Shown here: positions 11,730-24,503 of the stretch, piece by piece
How the letters are laid out: every line of letters starts with the position of its first letter
How positions within the stretch are numbered: position 1 is the first letter of the stretch
DNA from: Azolla caroliniana
Taxonomy: Eukaryota; Plantae; Polypodiophyta
Direction: 5' to 3'
Assembly (NCBI GenBank): GCA_043228905.1
Contig: JBHGNT010000008.1
Span: 17,360,001-17,424,000, forward strand
DNA: 64,000 bases
The notes under the pieces: generated by a model
What the model was told of the DNA's origin: nothing
Seen by the model: the letters and a program-made list of their open reading frames with translations, nothing else
Database searches by the model: none
Made by a program: the position numbers and the translations under genes

Positions 11730-11830
11730 ATACCTGTACTCTAGTATAGTATAGCAAATAAACCTCATCATCCTTATACCATCGACGACCTATGTAGCTA
11801 TCTATCTGTCCGCTGGAATGAATTCGATTT

Positions 11831-11867
<37 letters not shown>

Positions 11868-11927
11868 GGTCACAATAATCACTTCGTAATCTTCCGTTAT
11901 AAATGGTCAAATCATTCATTATGTATG

Positions 11928-11979
<52 letters not shown>

Positions 11980-12189
11980 AAAACAAACGAAGTACGTATG
12001 GTAACAAGTGTGCCAAAAACACTACACCTAAATGTTGTGTCGGAAGGCAAAGCCACTTATACTACCACTACACCTCCGAAGTTTTTACACACAATGAAAT
12101 GCACAGAAATGAGCATGCATGCATACACCTTTGACAAATAGTCATACATGCACATTCATGGTTAGGTTACGAGCATAATCGTAGCCATA

Positions 12190-14140
12190 GTTGTGGGCTA
12201 ATCTATATGCATCTAAGACAGGTAACAATAAGTTGTTTTTGCTAAAACATGCGATGCATTTAGTGTATAAAGAATGTAGTTGCATTTCAGATAATTTAAA
12301 TGAAGGATGTTTCAACCAACGTTTTGGTATGGGAGTGAAATTGGATGATGAGATTCTTGCATTATGGTTGTTAAACACTCTTCCTAATTCATGGGAAACT
12401 TTTAGGGTATCTTTAACTAATGCAACCCCAAACGGAATTGTGACTACGGAATATGTTAAGAGTAGTGTTCTAAACAAGGAGATGACGTGAAGGACACAAG
12501 CCTACATCACCACATTCAGAGATCTTGATGATTGAGAGAGGGAGGAGTAAGCATACAAGCCAAGGTCAAAACAATCGAGGGAGGAGTAGAAGTAAATCAA
12601 AACCCACGTATAAAGATCTAGAATGTCATCTTTGTGGTAAAACAGGACACATAAAGAGGTATTGGTACAAATGGAAAAAGGAGAACCGCACATCTAATGG
12701 TAAGCATGAAAAGAAAGGTAATGATGATAATTCTAACCATGTTAATACAATGTCCTCAAATGATTTATATGATGAAACCCTAATTCATCTTGCTTACAAT
12801 GAAACAAATTGGGTTGTTGATAGTGGGGCATTGTTCAAAGTCACATCTAGAAGGGAGTTGTTTACTTCTTATACTTCAAGGGATTTTGGAATTGTGAAGA
12901 TGGGTAATAATGGCCTTCAAAGGTGGTAGGCATCGGGACTATTTATTTGGAGACCAATACAAGATCGAAGTTGATCCTCGAGGAGGTAAAACATGTGTAA
13001 CCAGACATTCGTTACATCTTATCTCCACTAGCAGGCTAGATGATGATGGCTATTGCAACATCTTCAATGAGGACAATGGAAACTCACTAAGGGCTCATTG
13101 GTTGTTGCTTGCAGTAAGAAATGCTCTAGTTTGTATTTATTACAAGTGTTTATCTCTACTAATCTTGTGAATGCAATTGAAAGCAACAAAATGTCAGAGC
13201 TATGGCATAAAAGGTTGTCTCACATTAGTGAAAAGGGAATTGATTTCCTAGCAAAGAAAAGCTTGCTTTTAGGTCTAAAAGATGCGAAGTTAGACATGTG
13301 CAATCACTGTGTGGTAAGGAAAACAAAGAAGAGTCTCGTTCAAACATCATTCTTCTTCAAGAAAAGAAGAGGTACTTAGAGCTGGTACATTTAGATGTTT
13401 GTGGTCCTTCAAAGGTAAAGTCAATAGGTGGTGCACTCTACTTTGTTACTTTTATTGATGATTATTCTACTAGAAAACTTTGGGTTCGAACATTGAAAAC
13501 TAAGGACCAAGTATTAAATGTGTTCAAAGAATTTGTGGAATATTGTGGATCCTTCGATGCATACTGTCGAGAGCATGTGATTAAGCATCAAAAGACACCA
13601 CCAAAAACCCCACAACTAAATGGTTTGGTAGAAAGGATGAAGAGAACTCTAGTTGAAAGAGTTCGATGCTTGCTCTCTGATGGGAAGGTATCCAAATCCT
13701 TTTGGGGTGAGGCTTTGAGTACCGTTGCATATGTTATTAACCTATCTCCTATTGTTGCATTGCAGGGCGATGTTCCTAATAAAGTTTGGTATGGTAAGAA
13801 TGTTTCATATGATCATTTACGTGTGTTTGGATGTAAATATTTTGTACATATACCTAAAGATGAATGGTCTAAATTAGATGTTAAATTTAATGAATGTATT
13901 TTTATTGGGTATGGCCAATACGCGTTTGGTTACAGATGTTATGACCAAATAGAAAGGAAGCTTATTTGAAGTCGTGATGTGATATTTGTTGAGCATCAAG
14001 CTATTGAAGATATTGAAAAGGTCAAAGGATCCAACACTCAAATAGATGGTGGTCTTATTGATTTTGACCTGATTCCTACGACCGAAGATGCTACATATGG
14101 AGATGCTTCCCAACAAGACGAAGACCATGAGGATGTTGAT
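12190..14140 (+). mobile_element. Degenerate Ty1/Copia (Tnt1/Tork-like) gag-PR-IN fragment; probable 3' LTR remnant at ~16870-17118
   Basis: Frameshifted ORFs containing LLNTLPNSW, CHLCGKTGH, WVVDSGA, LWHKRLSH, VHLDVCGP, TPQLNG; downstream segment GTGGTTTTT...TTCCACGTTAAA ending CCCAACA. Confidence 0.85.
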
Positions 14141-14160
14141 GAACTAGGTATTATAAATAA

Positions 14161-16850
14161 TAGGGTTGTAGTCATGGTTGTAACATACGTAGCATACCGT
14201 ACGCGTACAATACGTATGCTACGTATTTTATAAGTATTCTAAATTTTTTTTTATAAGTTCTTAGAATACGTATTTAAAGGTAAAATACATTGAGTACGTT
14301 TTGAATACGTTGAATACGTCGAATACTTGAACACCACTAATGTTGAATGCAAAGATACTTGGAATTTGAATACCATATAGTAAATACCAATTATCTTTAT
14401 TGCCCATGGATAAATGGTTATCTATGCTACAATACATTATGCACGTGATATACATATTTTTAAATGAAAGTGAACATTGCAGATTTAAGAAAACAATTGA
14501 AGTTTGAATCAAAACACATATCCTTTGAACCCTCAAATCATGGAAAATGAATAGAGTGATAAAAAAACTATTAGAATTTAAAACTTTCTTCATACTCATA
14601 GTTATTGGTTCTTAAATTCAAAATTCAAATAAATATGTAAAAACCAACAATACATTATCTCCATGCAATTTTCAATTATATTTCTTCTTCTACATCATCA
14701 TTAGTAGATTCTGTTGTTGTATCATCATAGTTGTCCACATAATCACTATCAGAAGATGAATCAACTATGGCTTTCTCAATATCTTCATCCTCTTAATCTC
14801 CATCATCATTACAAAATTCAGCATTGCAAACCTCAGTTGTAGTTTGTCGAGTAATTATCCTTCTTGTACTTGCAACTCTCGCACAAGCATGACTATGAAC
14901 ATATCCACGACCTCTTCTAATAGTGTTAGAGCTTGATCCCACCAATCCTTCATCTACTATCATAGTGGCAAACTTAGATCTACTTTGAGTAACCCGACCA
15001 ATATGCATAGCCTTTGCTTCCTCAAAATATATTTGTGCAACTTGAGTATCAATATTGGTTGTTAATGGAGGCATTTCAATAGTCTTTTCAATGTCTATCT
15101 CATCAAGATTTACCTAAATCAAATAATATTTTGGTATCGTAATAATGATTCATAATATTTAAACCACAACCAATTAACAAGGCTCGTTAATTAACCTACA
15201 AAAATCAAATGGTTTTTTAAACATCAAATGACAAACATAAATAAGAAAGATGTAGACCTGCATGAGTTTGAAAGCTTCGAACAAGCCTTATGTTTTCTCT
15301 AACATATACTAATCTCTCCACTTCCACTTGTTGCACCTTCAAATGGTTCCTTGTTTTTGTATGTGCCAATGCATGTGCATTCCAATTTCTTTCAGCAGCT
15401 CTAGAAGAGCAATCCTATGACACAAAGTATTATGCAAACAATACATGTCATTGTAGAAGATTAATAAAATTGAAACATTAATAAATAATGAACTATAATA
15501 CCTAAGACAATACTCTACAAGCTAACGACTATAGTAAGGGCACATTGTGTTGTTGGGTGGGGGATGAAGCCTAAAATGGCATCACCCCCCTCCCAAGGGG
15601 GTTACAATAAAGAGAGAGAGAAGGAAAGTGAAAATACAAAACAACACCAAAATGAGAGGGAAAAATGTATATTCATTAAATGCCCATAAGGGGTTTATAT
15701 AATACATCCAATGTAACGGTTACATGACCGTTATAAATAAGACCGTTACGCATTCTTGTACACATGCACATAATTGTGCATGTGTCTATACACATACTCA
15801 TCCTTACACACCATTTACTTTACACATACACATCAACCACATCATTACACCTACCCTTATGCCTCCCTGTATATTCTTACGGGCAACACATGGCACGCCT
15901 CTAGGACAGTGCATTGCACGGTGAAACCACTCGCCATGGCAACTCTTCTCGATCAGAACTCCATCTGTCGTCTCAACGGTCGGAAATCCCTTGACTGGAT
16001 CACTGCTCTATGATCGATAACTTCGATCAGAGATTTGCTTGACTCAAACCTTCTCGTTCGGTCAACACAAGTCACGATTGCATCATACACCAATCGGCTA
16101 GTTCAATGTGGCATGGGTCGTGAAATCATGTTGTGCGTTTGTGTATTCTTTCTTTCATCATGTGAGTTGTGATTTCGAAATTTCATGATTTGTACCACGT
16201 ATTTTTTGAAATTCTAGTTTTTACCCTCACGATTTTTTTATTTTATGCCCTTGAGTTTTCGAAATTTTCTCTTCTGCACTCGAGTGGCACTTGGCCTAAG
16301 GAGCACAAGAGATGGATAGTTGCTAAAAAGTTTTCGTGCATTCCTTTTCTTGGTGAATAATCTACCCACACAATTTGCTCTCTTGTGCATTCGACGAACC
16401 CAACTCAACTTTCCAATATCCTCTCGCAATAAATCTAAACAATGTGATGCATAAGGAGTCCATACAAGGCTTGGGAATTCAATCTCTAGAATGTGACCCA
16501 TGCTAACACAATTAGATGCATTATCAGTGACAATTTGCACCACATTTTCTACTTTTACTTCCTTTATCGCAGTTGACAACATTTTAGCCAACCATGGACC
16601 ATGAACCCTTGTAGAAACAATACTACAATCAATAGTTTTAAGGTACATAGTGCCATAAGAACATGATACCAAAATATTCACAAGTGCTCACTTGCTAGTG
16701 TCAATCCATCCATCTGAAAGTATGGTAACTCCATATTTTGGCCAAAGGGCTTTCACATTTTCCACTTTTGTGTTGTACATTCAAATGCTCTTTCTTTAAA
16801 TATTTAACTCTTAAATCATTGTAGGTAATACCACTATACTTTTCCCTAGT
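14161..16850 (-). mobile_element. Degenerate hAT DNA transposon (DUF659-type transposase remnant)
   Basis: GVTILSDGWID and VVQIVTDNASN...WTPYASHCLDL (16238-16730); TAGGG terminus at 14161 with TACG subterminal repeats; extent uncertain. Confidence 0.65.
15548..15888. mobile_element. Solo LTR (~340 bp), same family as 32497-32845 in opposite orientation
   Basis: TGTT...AACA termini; near-perfect 5-bp TSD CATTG/CATGG; high identity to 32497-32845. Confidence 0.8.
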
Positions 16851-17118
16851 ATCAGAGAAAGCTAACAACCTCATAGTACTCTAACTTGTTTAGAGTAGAA
16901 CTTTGGTATATAAGATTTACCTTGATAGTGAATTATTTTTGGACTAGGTCCTGTGGTTTTTACCTCTTCGAGGTTTTTCCACGTTAAAATTTTGTGGTGT
17001 ATTTTGCATTGTGTTTGTTGTGTATCATTCTTGATTCCTTTGAATAATCTCACATAAGTGATTAAGTGCTATTAAGTTTCCGATCATTCGTATTATACTA
17101 CTAGCTCCAAGCCCAACA

Positions 17119-17350
17119 ATGGCAACCAAGCGGCCATTGTCACCTTGGCCTGTGGCCAACTTCCCTGGGCTCAATATACAGGGCATGTCCATTGCTCGCA
17201 TCGACTTCCCGCCCAATGGCGGATTCAACCCTCCCCATGTTCGCACACATGCCATGGAGGTGCCATGGAGGTGCTCTTCCTGGCACAAGGCACGCTCAAT
17301 CTGAAGTGGACGCGCTCACTACTAGTGTGAAGAAGGCCAGTGTAGCTTGA
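17119..17350 (+). pseudogene. GLP: Germin-like protein pseudogene (5'-truncated, ~250-bp internal deletion, frameshifts)
   Basis: VANFPGLN...IARIDFPPNGGFNPPHV matches the intact gene; sequence jumps from GGCACGCTCA to TCTGAAGTGGA; 3' flank similarity extends to ~17630. Confidence 0.9.
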
Positions 17351-18099
17351 AAGTACAATAGCAAGCAGCACATGCATGAAGCTCATCATCTCTGTACCAT
17401 CCATCTATCCAGTCATCGTTAAATCGATTCACTGACAGATTTTGGTCATACAATAAATAATCATATGCATCATTGGGCCACCTTTGTAATCCTTCTTCAT
17501 AAATGGTCAAATTAGTCATTCCGATCTATCTTTCTCGTTTTTTTGTGAAAACAAAGAATTATAGTAAAAAATGAGTGCAAAAAACACTCCAATTCCACGG
17601 TCAATAGTTCTGCCCTAAATGTTGTGTCACCATGCGAACCATTTGTACTACTATTATCACACTTGTACACCCTCTTGTAAGTATACATATACGTACTGGA
17701 AAATGCCCTAATTTTAGCATTATCACCATTCAAGAGCACTCTTCCCATACATATATACCTAGTTAAACAAATACATATGCCCCATCATTTATGTGAACCC
17801 CATCGAGTCCTTTGAGTTTCCTTGTTGCGAACATATTCCATAGTGGAGGGATTAGCTATCAAGAAACCTACATGATTCCTGGAGTTGAGGAGTGTAGGAA
17901 TAAAGTATATAACAGATTTTGTATAAACTTAGGGTGTTGATTAAACAAATGTGTAGTGGTACAACAAGTATGTCAATACCATTCTAATAGTTTCTTTCTT
18001 ATGAGATACAATGTCACTTCTTCAGTCAAGGCTATAGTTATTTATTTGTTTTATTATTATAATATTCTTGTTTATTTCAACATTATGTCGTTTTTATGC

Positions 18100-18138
18100 A
18101 TCCCACATACAAAGGCAAGGTAACACCGGGGCTATAAA
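18100..18138 (+). promoter_or_regulatory. snRNA promoter: USE (ATCCCACATAC) plus TATA; equivalents upstream of all four U5 copies
   Basis: Matches plant USE consensus RTCCCACATCG; USE also at 21157-21167, 21877-21887 and 24561-24571 on the minus strand. Confidence 0.85.
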
Positions 18139-18166
18139 TTGAAGGCAGAAGCCAAATTGTACCTTC

Positions 18167-18297
18167 ATTAGGATGGCGTGGGTTGAGCACAAAGCGAACT
18201 ATTCTTTCGCCTTTTACTAAAGAATACCGTGTGCTCCTCCTACCTCCAACGCCCTCACCCTAATTTTTGGTAGGGAGGCTGTCAACAGAGCTTCCCA
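18167..18297 (+). ncRNA. U5: U5 spliceosomal snRNA (best-conserved copy)
   Basis: GAGCACAAAGCGAACTATTCTTTCGCCTTTTACTAAAGAATACCGTGTGCTC core with invariant loop I GCCUUUUAC (18209-18217), Sm site AATTTTTGG (18262-18270) and 3' hairpin; 5' end estimated. Confidence 0.95.
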
Positions 18298-20837
18298 CTA
18301 TAAGATGTTAAGAAAACAATTTAAAATCCCTACCATTGCCACCTGTTTGCACTTGAGCCATCCTCACTTCAAGTGGTGTGCTTTTACATAACCTTGTGAA
18401 TCTTGGTAACGAACCACACAATAGTTTATATAGGTATAATTTATAAACATTGGCTTGCTATGACTATTTTCTTGTTAGTTTGCCTCAATAGGGGTTCTTT
18501 TCCCTTCTTAAACTTTTATTAACACTTTTCTTTCTCTTGTTAGATTGATTGCTATCCATATTACAATGATGGCTTTTTGGTCATTCTCATTGACTGATGG
18601 TCAACAACACAACCACAATGATTTGCTAGACATCAAAATGTATCCACATTTTAGCCAACATCTTTGTCCAATTAAGTTTTTTTTGAAGTAGTATAAGTTG
18701 CAATTGATTTCTAAAAATCTGTCCATTTATGTATTTTGTGTAGTGTAGGTTACAATTGCTTTCTAAAAATAGCAAAGAAGAGTTAGTAGAGCATTCACAT
18801 ATGTGGAAATGTGATGGATACAAATAAAGATATTCCTATTTTAGAAGAAGTTGGTAAAAAATCCATATGGAACAACTATCCTTAACATAAGAGAACGTGA
18901 AAAGGAAACAAATGATATGTTGGCCAGAAGTTCATATTCTTTACTAAACTGAAGTAAGTAGTAATAAAGAAGTCAATGGAATACCATATAATATAGTTAC
19001 TACATGAAATAGAAACAATACTAAAATAATGATTAGATGAAAGAAGCGTAAATTTGCGAGGCAACATTTGGTAGTAATATGACCTGATTTGTGCAAATAC
19101 TATTGAAATGATTGAGCTTGATGCTTGTAATGTTGACATGAAAGAGAAACCAAATGATAAGGCAAGCTTGTAATATTGAAGAGATGAAAGAGAAACCAAA
19201 AGGGAAGAGAGGTCTAACAAAGTTCTATGCATAGTTTATTTGAAGCTTTTTTTTTAGATTCTCCAAATGGAAACCCATGGATGTCTCTATATGGATATAG
19301 ATGGATGTAGATTGCAAACATGATTTTGTCTAATGGTCCCAAAAGAAAAGTGTCGGATTTTTCAAATGTTGTTTCTATACAAAGCCATGATATGTATTTT
19401 GAGCTTTAATTTGATTGCTTTAGTTTAAAAAACTTCGATATTGACACTTGAAACATGCTTCATTGGTATGCATGATGTATGATCTCCACATGATGGTATT
19501 GATACCTCAATTGTTTTCCATAATGTATGATAACAATAATGCAGTTTTAAATGAAAGTTTTAGGCCACTTAGGCTTTACTAATTCTTGCTTTACATGAAG
19601 TTTTTCGTCCTTCATTAACTTATATTGTATATAGACGAATGCCATGGCCGTTGTTTGGGGGGTTTACAACTAAATAATTGAAGAGTTTGCTCTTGATGTA
19701 TTTGGTAGATGAAAACACATCAATGTCTTGTGTACATGATGTTCTCATTGTTTTTGTGAAAGACCTCTAGATTGGTTATTTTTTAACTCATTCTCTTGGG
19801 AGCTCTGTTTAATTGGCCTCAACACATGAAGATTATGGACTCAATTCGCTAATGTGTCATACATCAATGTTACTTATTAGGGGCATGGATATCAACCATG
19901 GGTGTAGTGTTGTATGCCCCCTCACATGCCACCAGTGATTCTATTACATATAGACAATGCACTAATAGTTCTACATCTCACAAAATTACAAATGATGTAC
20001 TTTGTCATTGTAACACCCTCAAGTTCACATCAAAGGATAATATGACGAAAACAAATTGCCTTGTAAGCCAATGGTTTGTGTTATCATAGTAAGTAATCAT
20101 CAAGATATGTCATCTCGTTGTAAGGTGACAATCCTTGTTGCAAAATGGAGTGTGCTTCAAGACAAAAACATTTAGTGATATAGCTACAATTGCCTACTCT
20201 GTTTGAGTATCTACTTATGTTTGTGCCATCCAAATTGGATCAACAAATTAATAACATCAAAAACCTAGTAGCATCACCTCACATTCCTCGGAAAAATAAG
20301 AATATATTGTATCATCCATTGTGTTATCCTAGTAAACATTTCTTGATAATTCGATTGCATTATGTATGAGCACATACTAAATGACTTGTTTAATCCATGG
20401 CTTTATCCATATACTACTAAACTACTTGTTTAATCCTTATGTCATAATATATAAAAGTTGTTAAGATTTAATTTTGAGACTTGTGGTACATGAAAACCAA
20501 ATTGCCTTGTTGATTTAATTTTGAGATTTGGATGAATCCTCATTATTTCATCAAGGATTGTTCTACACATTCTACAATATCACTCCTTAAAGACAATCAA
20601 ATTTATTTTTAAGACTTGTGGTACATGAAAACCAAATTGCCTTGTCGTCATAAGCCAACGACCTGTGTTCTCATGGTAAGGAATCATCAAAATATGTCTG
20701 GTCATTGTAAGTTGCCGGTTCTATAAATGAATCATATGCAAACTTTACAAGATTTATTTTCAAGTTTGGGATGAATGCCCATCTCCAATCACTTTACATA
20801 TCCATTATTGTAATAAACATTGCAATATATAAGTACA

Positions 20838-20873
<36 letters not shown>

Positions 20874-20969
20874 ATTTACATTCCTTAAATGTAAGATTAT
20901 TCCTCAGAATGTTTTCTTCAAAACTAGGAAAGCAACAGTTCAACGTTCTTCTTTTACATTATTTACAGT

Positions 20970-21099
20970 AGGAAGCTCTGTTCAAAGCCTCCCTACCAAA
21001 AATTAGGGTGAGGGCGTTTGAGTTAGGAGGAACACACAATATTCTTTAGTAAAAGGCGAAAGAATAGTTTGCTTTGTGCTCAACCCACGCCATCCGAAT
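20970..21099 (-). ncRNA. U5: U5 snRNA copy 2 (variant)
   Basis: Loop I and Sm site intact, a few stem substitutions, USE and TATA present. Confidence 0.88.
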
Positions 21100-21689
21100 G
21101 AAGAGAGTTTGTCTCAGATGTCTTCAATATATAGTTGCTGGAGCGAATTTGTCTTTCTATGTGGGATGTATAACACAACTTCAATTACTGCCTTCTTTCT
21201 TTATTCTTCATGATTGATTCTATTATTCCTTTGAATGCAAAAATCATGATCCTTTTTAACATTTTACTGTTGGTTTTTATTATGTTCGTTTTTGCCATTT
21301 GTATCCAAATTCATATGTGCAAGCGATCATTCCCCAAAAAACAACAAATCAACAACATCAAAAATCTCACATTGCCCAATCCACGACTTTATCCACATAC
21401 TACTAAATTACCTAGTTTAATCCATCATACGTTATTTCATATACATCCACATACTACTAAATTACCTAGTTTAATCCATCGTACGTTATTTCATATACAA
21501 AATGTAATTTTGAGATTGGGATAAATCCCCATTCAATTTAAATATCTATGATTTCACTAAACATTGTTCTATGCATTCCACTATCTCACTCCTTAAAAAA
21601 AAAAAAATAGCTAATATCAATTTCTTCAAATCAAATCCTCCAATAGTAGTTCAGTGTTCATGATATATTTCTTTTATTTTATTTTATGA

Positions 21690-21820
21690 TGGGAATCTCT
21701 GATGAGAGCCTCTCTCCCAAAAATTAGGGTTAGGGCGTTTATGGAAGGAAGAGCACACGATATTCTTTAGTAAAAGGCGAAAGAATAGTTCGCTCTGTGC
21801 TCAACCCACACCATCCCAAT
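21690..21820 (-). ncRNA. U5: U5 snRNA copy 3
   Basis: Loop I, Sm site, 3' hairpin, USE and TATAAA intact. Confidence 0.9.
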
Positions 21821-22227
21821 GAAGTCAACCATTATCAGATATCTTGATTTATAGCTCCCGGAGTGACATTGCCTTTCTATGTGGGATGTATACCACAATT
21901 TCAATTACTGCCTTGTTACTTTATTCTTCATGATCCGATTGTATTATCTCTTTCACTACAAAATCATGATCCGACTGTATTATCTCTTCATGATCCGATT
22001 GTATTATCTCTTTTACGGAATAACCACATGTGTAGGGAATTTTTAATTGTAGGAAACATTGCATCTCTTTTTTCCAAAAGAAGAATATACTCCATTATTT
22101 AAAATGACATACACTACACAACTTTAGACATTACCTACTTCCATATGGACTACATCACTTATTTATCTTACACTAAATAGCCCACATGTTTGTTCTCCAT
22201 GTTTGTCATGTCATTCATGCCCCTCTA

Positions 22228-23043
22228 TCATCTAATGGGAGGAGGGAACAACCATCTCGGTACTACGTACTGCCATCGTATCTCCACTCCAATTTCTGTA
22301 GCCATCGGTGTAGTACACCATCGTTTTCTGAATTTTAGCCTCATTAAATTTGAATCATCATCTGTTCCATCAATCCGCTCATATTGGGCCCTCAATGTAG
22401 TTATTAGCATGTGCCATATTAGCTTAATAGATTCTGCTGGAGGCCGTTTGTTTGCTGAAAATACCCTGGTCCATCTTGCGGTCCAAATGTTCCATATGAT
22501 AATGGGTGCTAGCAACATCCATAGATCTACAATTTTCTGCTTTTGGGCATTACTTCTAGGTGCACTGTTACCAACGATCATTCGAATAGTTCCATTCTCC
22601 CCTCTGTACATAGTTGTACATGTGCTATCAAAATTCTCTACGTCATCATCAAGACAATTCCAACAAGCATGTCCCCAATTGAGGATAAATGAGCTAGAGG
22701 CATGGCAAAGCAATCGTAATGCCCTTCTCCATACTATCGTAGCCTCATGACATTCCCAAAGACAATGGGAAATGCTTTCTAGTTGTCCACATGCACTACA
22801 TCTTGGGTCTACATTGGGGCCTTTAGCCCATGCCCCTACTGGCAAGGCTCTATGCACAATAAGCCATAAGCACATCATTATCTTGCGGTCACCGCTGTCA
22901 TGCCATATCATTTTCCAGAATTTAGCTAATCTCCTTTCACTAATGCCCTCTTGTATCCAAAATTTACGAGCTGCAATATCTTGGTGTTCTTGTTTTAGGA
23001 TAATTTGCCTCCCGATTTTCGTGTTGTACCTGAAACATTGCAT
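22228..23043 (-). mobile_element. L1 LINE ORF2 C-terminal fragment (zf-RVT)
   Basis: FWKMIW...LWLIVHRALP...CSACGQLESISHCLWEC...IWNIW..R. Confidence 0.85.
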
Positions 23044-24371
23044 CTCTTATGGTAATTGATGTAATGTGGAGGCTTGAATTATGTGCTCAATGTCACAACA
23101 TGCACATAATCTATGTACCATCCATCCATCCACCGATTTCGTAATATATACTATGGTCGCCATTTGGATGAATAATTACACATGTCGTGGTTTTACTTGC
23201 ATTCAATAAAACCAAGGGCCCTCATGGATGTTCCATACTTACTATTGTAGTTTATGATATGTGCACATTCATAGAGCAAATCATACAAACACAGTTTGTT
23301 ATTCTATGTCTTCAAAGGTCAAATCTCACATATGGAACCGAAAGTGAATAATTCTAGGGAAGTATATTTGGAACCAATTGAATAGATAGGGAGTCACGAT
23401 GTTCACGAATTTTACATGTCAATATTGCAATTGGGATTGTACTCCGTGATTGTTATACAAAGGGGAATGTGTGTTGGGAGTGGGCAAGATTGATAATGTT
23501 CGTTGGACAACATGAAAATAAAATGTGATTGAAAGGAGCACATTGTATCGAAGCGTGATACTCTTGAATCATGCACTTGATTCATGTGAAAAAATGCATA
23601 GTTGATGATTCTCCTAGCCTATGCTTACAAAGTAGTACTGCACATTGTGATTGTGAGAGGATTAGTGGGTAGGGAGTGAATGATATTGGCCATGAGTTGA
23701 AGCAAAATTGGGATGTGATCTAATGCAAAGCATTGTATGAAAGGTGTGATATGTTAACGCATTGTATGAACACATTATATATATATCACACATCTCCATT
23801 CTATTGCATGATTACTACCATCTAGTTCTTGATTTATTTAGAAGGTGGTTTTTATAGCTTTTACATCATGAGTGTGATCATTTCACACTAGGCTGTCCAT
23901 TGGCTTGCTTCTCCCCTATTTGAATTGTTCTAATCCCCTTGTTGTAGACTTTGTTAGTTGCTTGGCATTCCTTGTTGTTGCACTCTTCTTTACGACCGGC
24001 GTGATGCGTGTCATATGCTTAACAATGAGCATATACTAACTTTACTTGTTTAATCCATGGGATTATCCTCATATGACGAAACTGCTTGTTTAATTTATAA
24101 CATTAAATCATGTCAAAAGACACAAGAAGTATAGTTGGATTGGGACGTGGCTCCATTCAATTTTCATATCCATTATTTCAATAAGCATTGTCCTTTCATA
24201 TCCATTATTTCAGTAAGCATTGTCTTTCCATTTTCATTATTTCAATAAGCATTGTTCTATGTAGTCCACAATCTCGGTCTTTAAACACCAATACCAAAAG
24301 AATGCCTTCTTAATTCCCTAAAAAAGTAGTCACATGATGGAGCCTTTGAGTTGTTTTTTATCGTTTTACAA

Positions 24372-24503
24372 TGGGAAGCTCAGATTAGAGCCACCCTCCC
24401 CAAAAATTAGGGTTAGGGTGTTTGAGGAAGGAGGAGCACACAATATTCTTTAGTAAAAGGTGAAAGAATAGTTAACTTTGTGCTCAACCCACGCCATCCC
24501 AAT
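24372..24503 (-). pseudogene. U5: U5 snRNA copy 4, probable pseudogene
   Basis: Loop I mutated to ACCUUUUAC, stem changes, TATA degraded to TAATAA; USE retained. Confidence 0.8.

Noticed and set aside
11367-11771. Antisense and alternative-frame ORFs over GLP and the pol genes
   Set aside because: Shadow ORFs caused by codon bias of the real coding strand
15548-15888. Helitron or MITE interpretation of the 340-bp repeat
   Set aside because: TG...CA ends and 5-bp TSDs at both copies fit a solo LTR
18400-20350. Possible decayed transposase or host exons in AT-rich DNA (also 23050-24000 and 25050-25800)
   Set aside because: No motif recognisable with confidence by eye; needs a translated homology search
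21691-21720. CTGATGAG as a second hammerhead core
   Set aside because: No stem II plus GAAA follows; it is the antisense of the U5 3' hairpin
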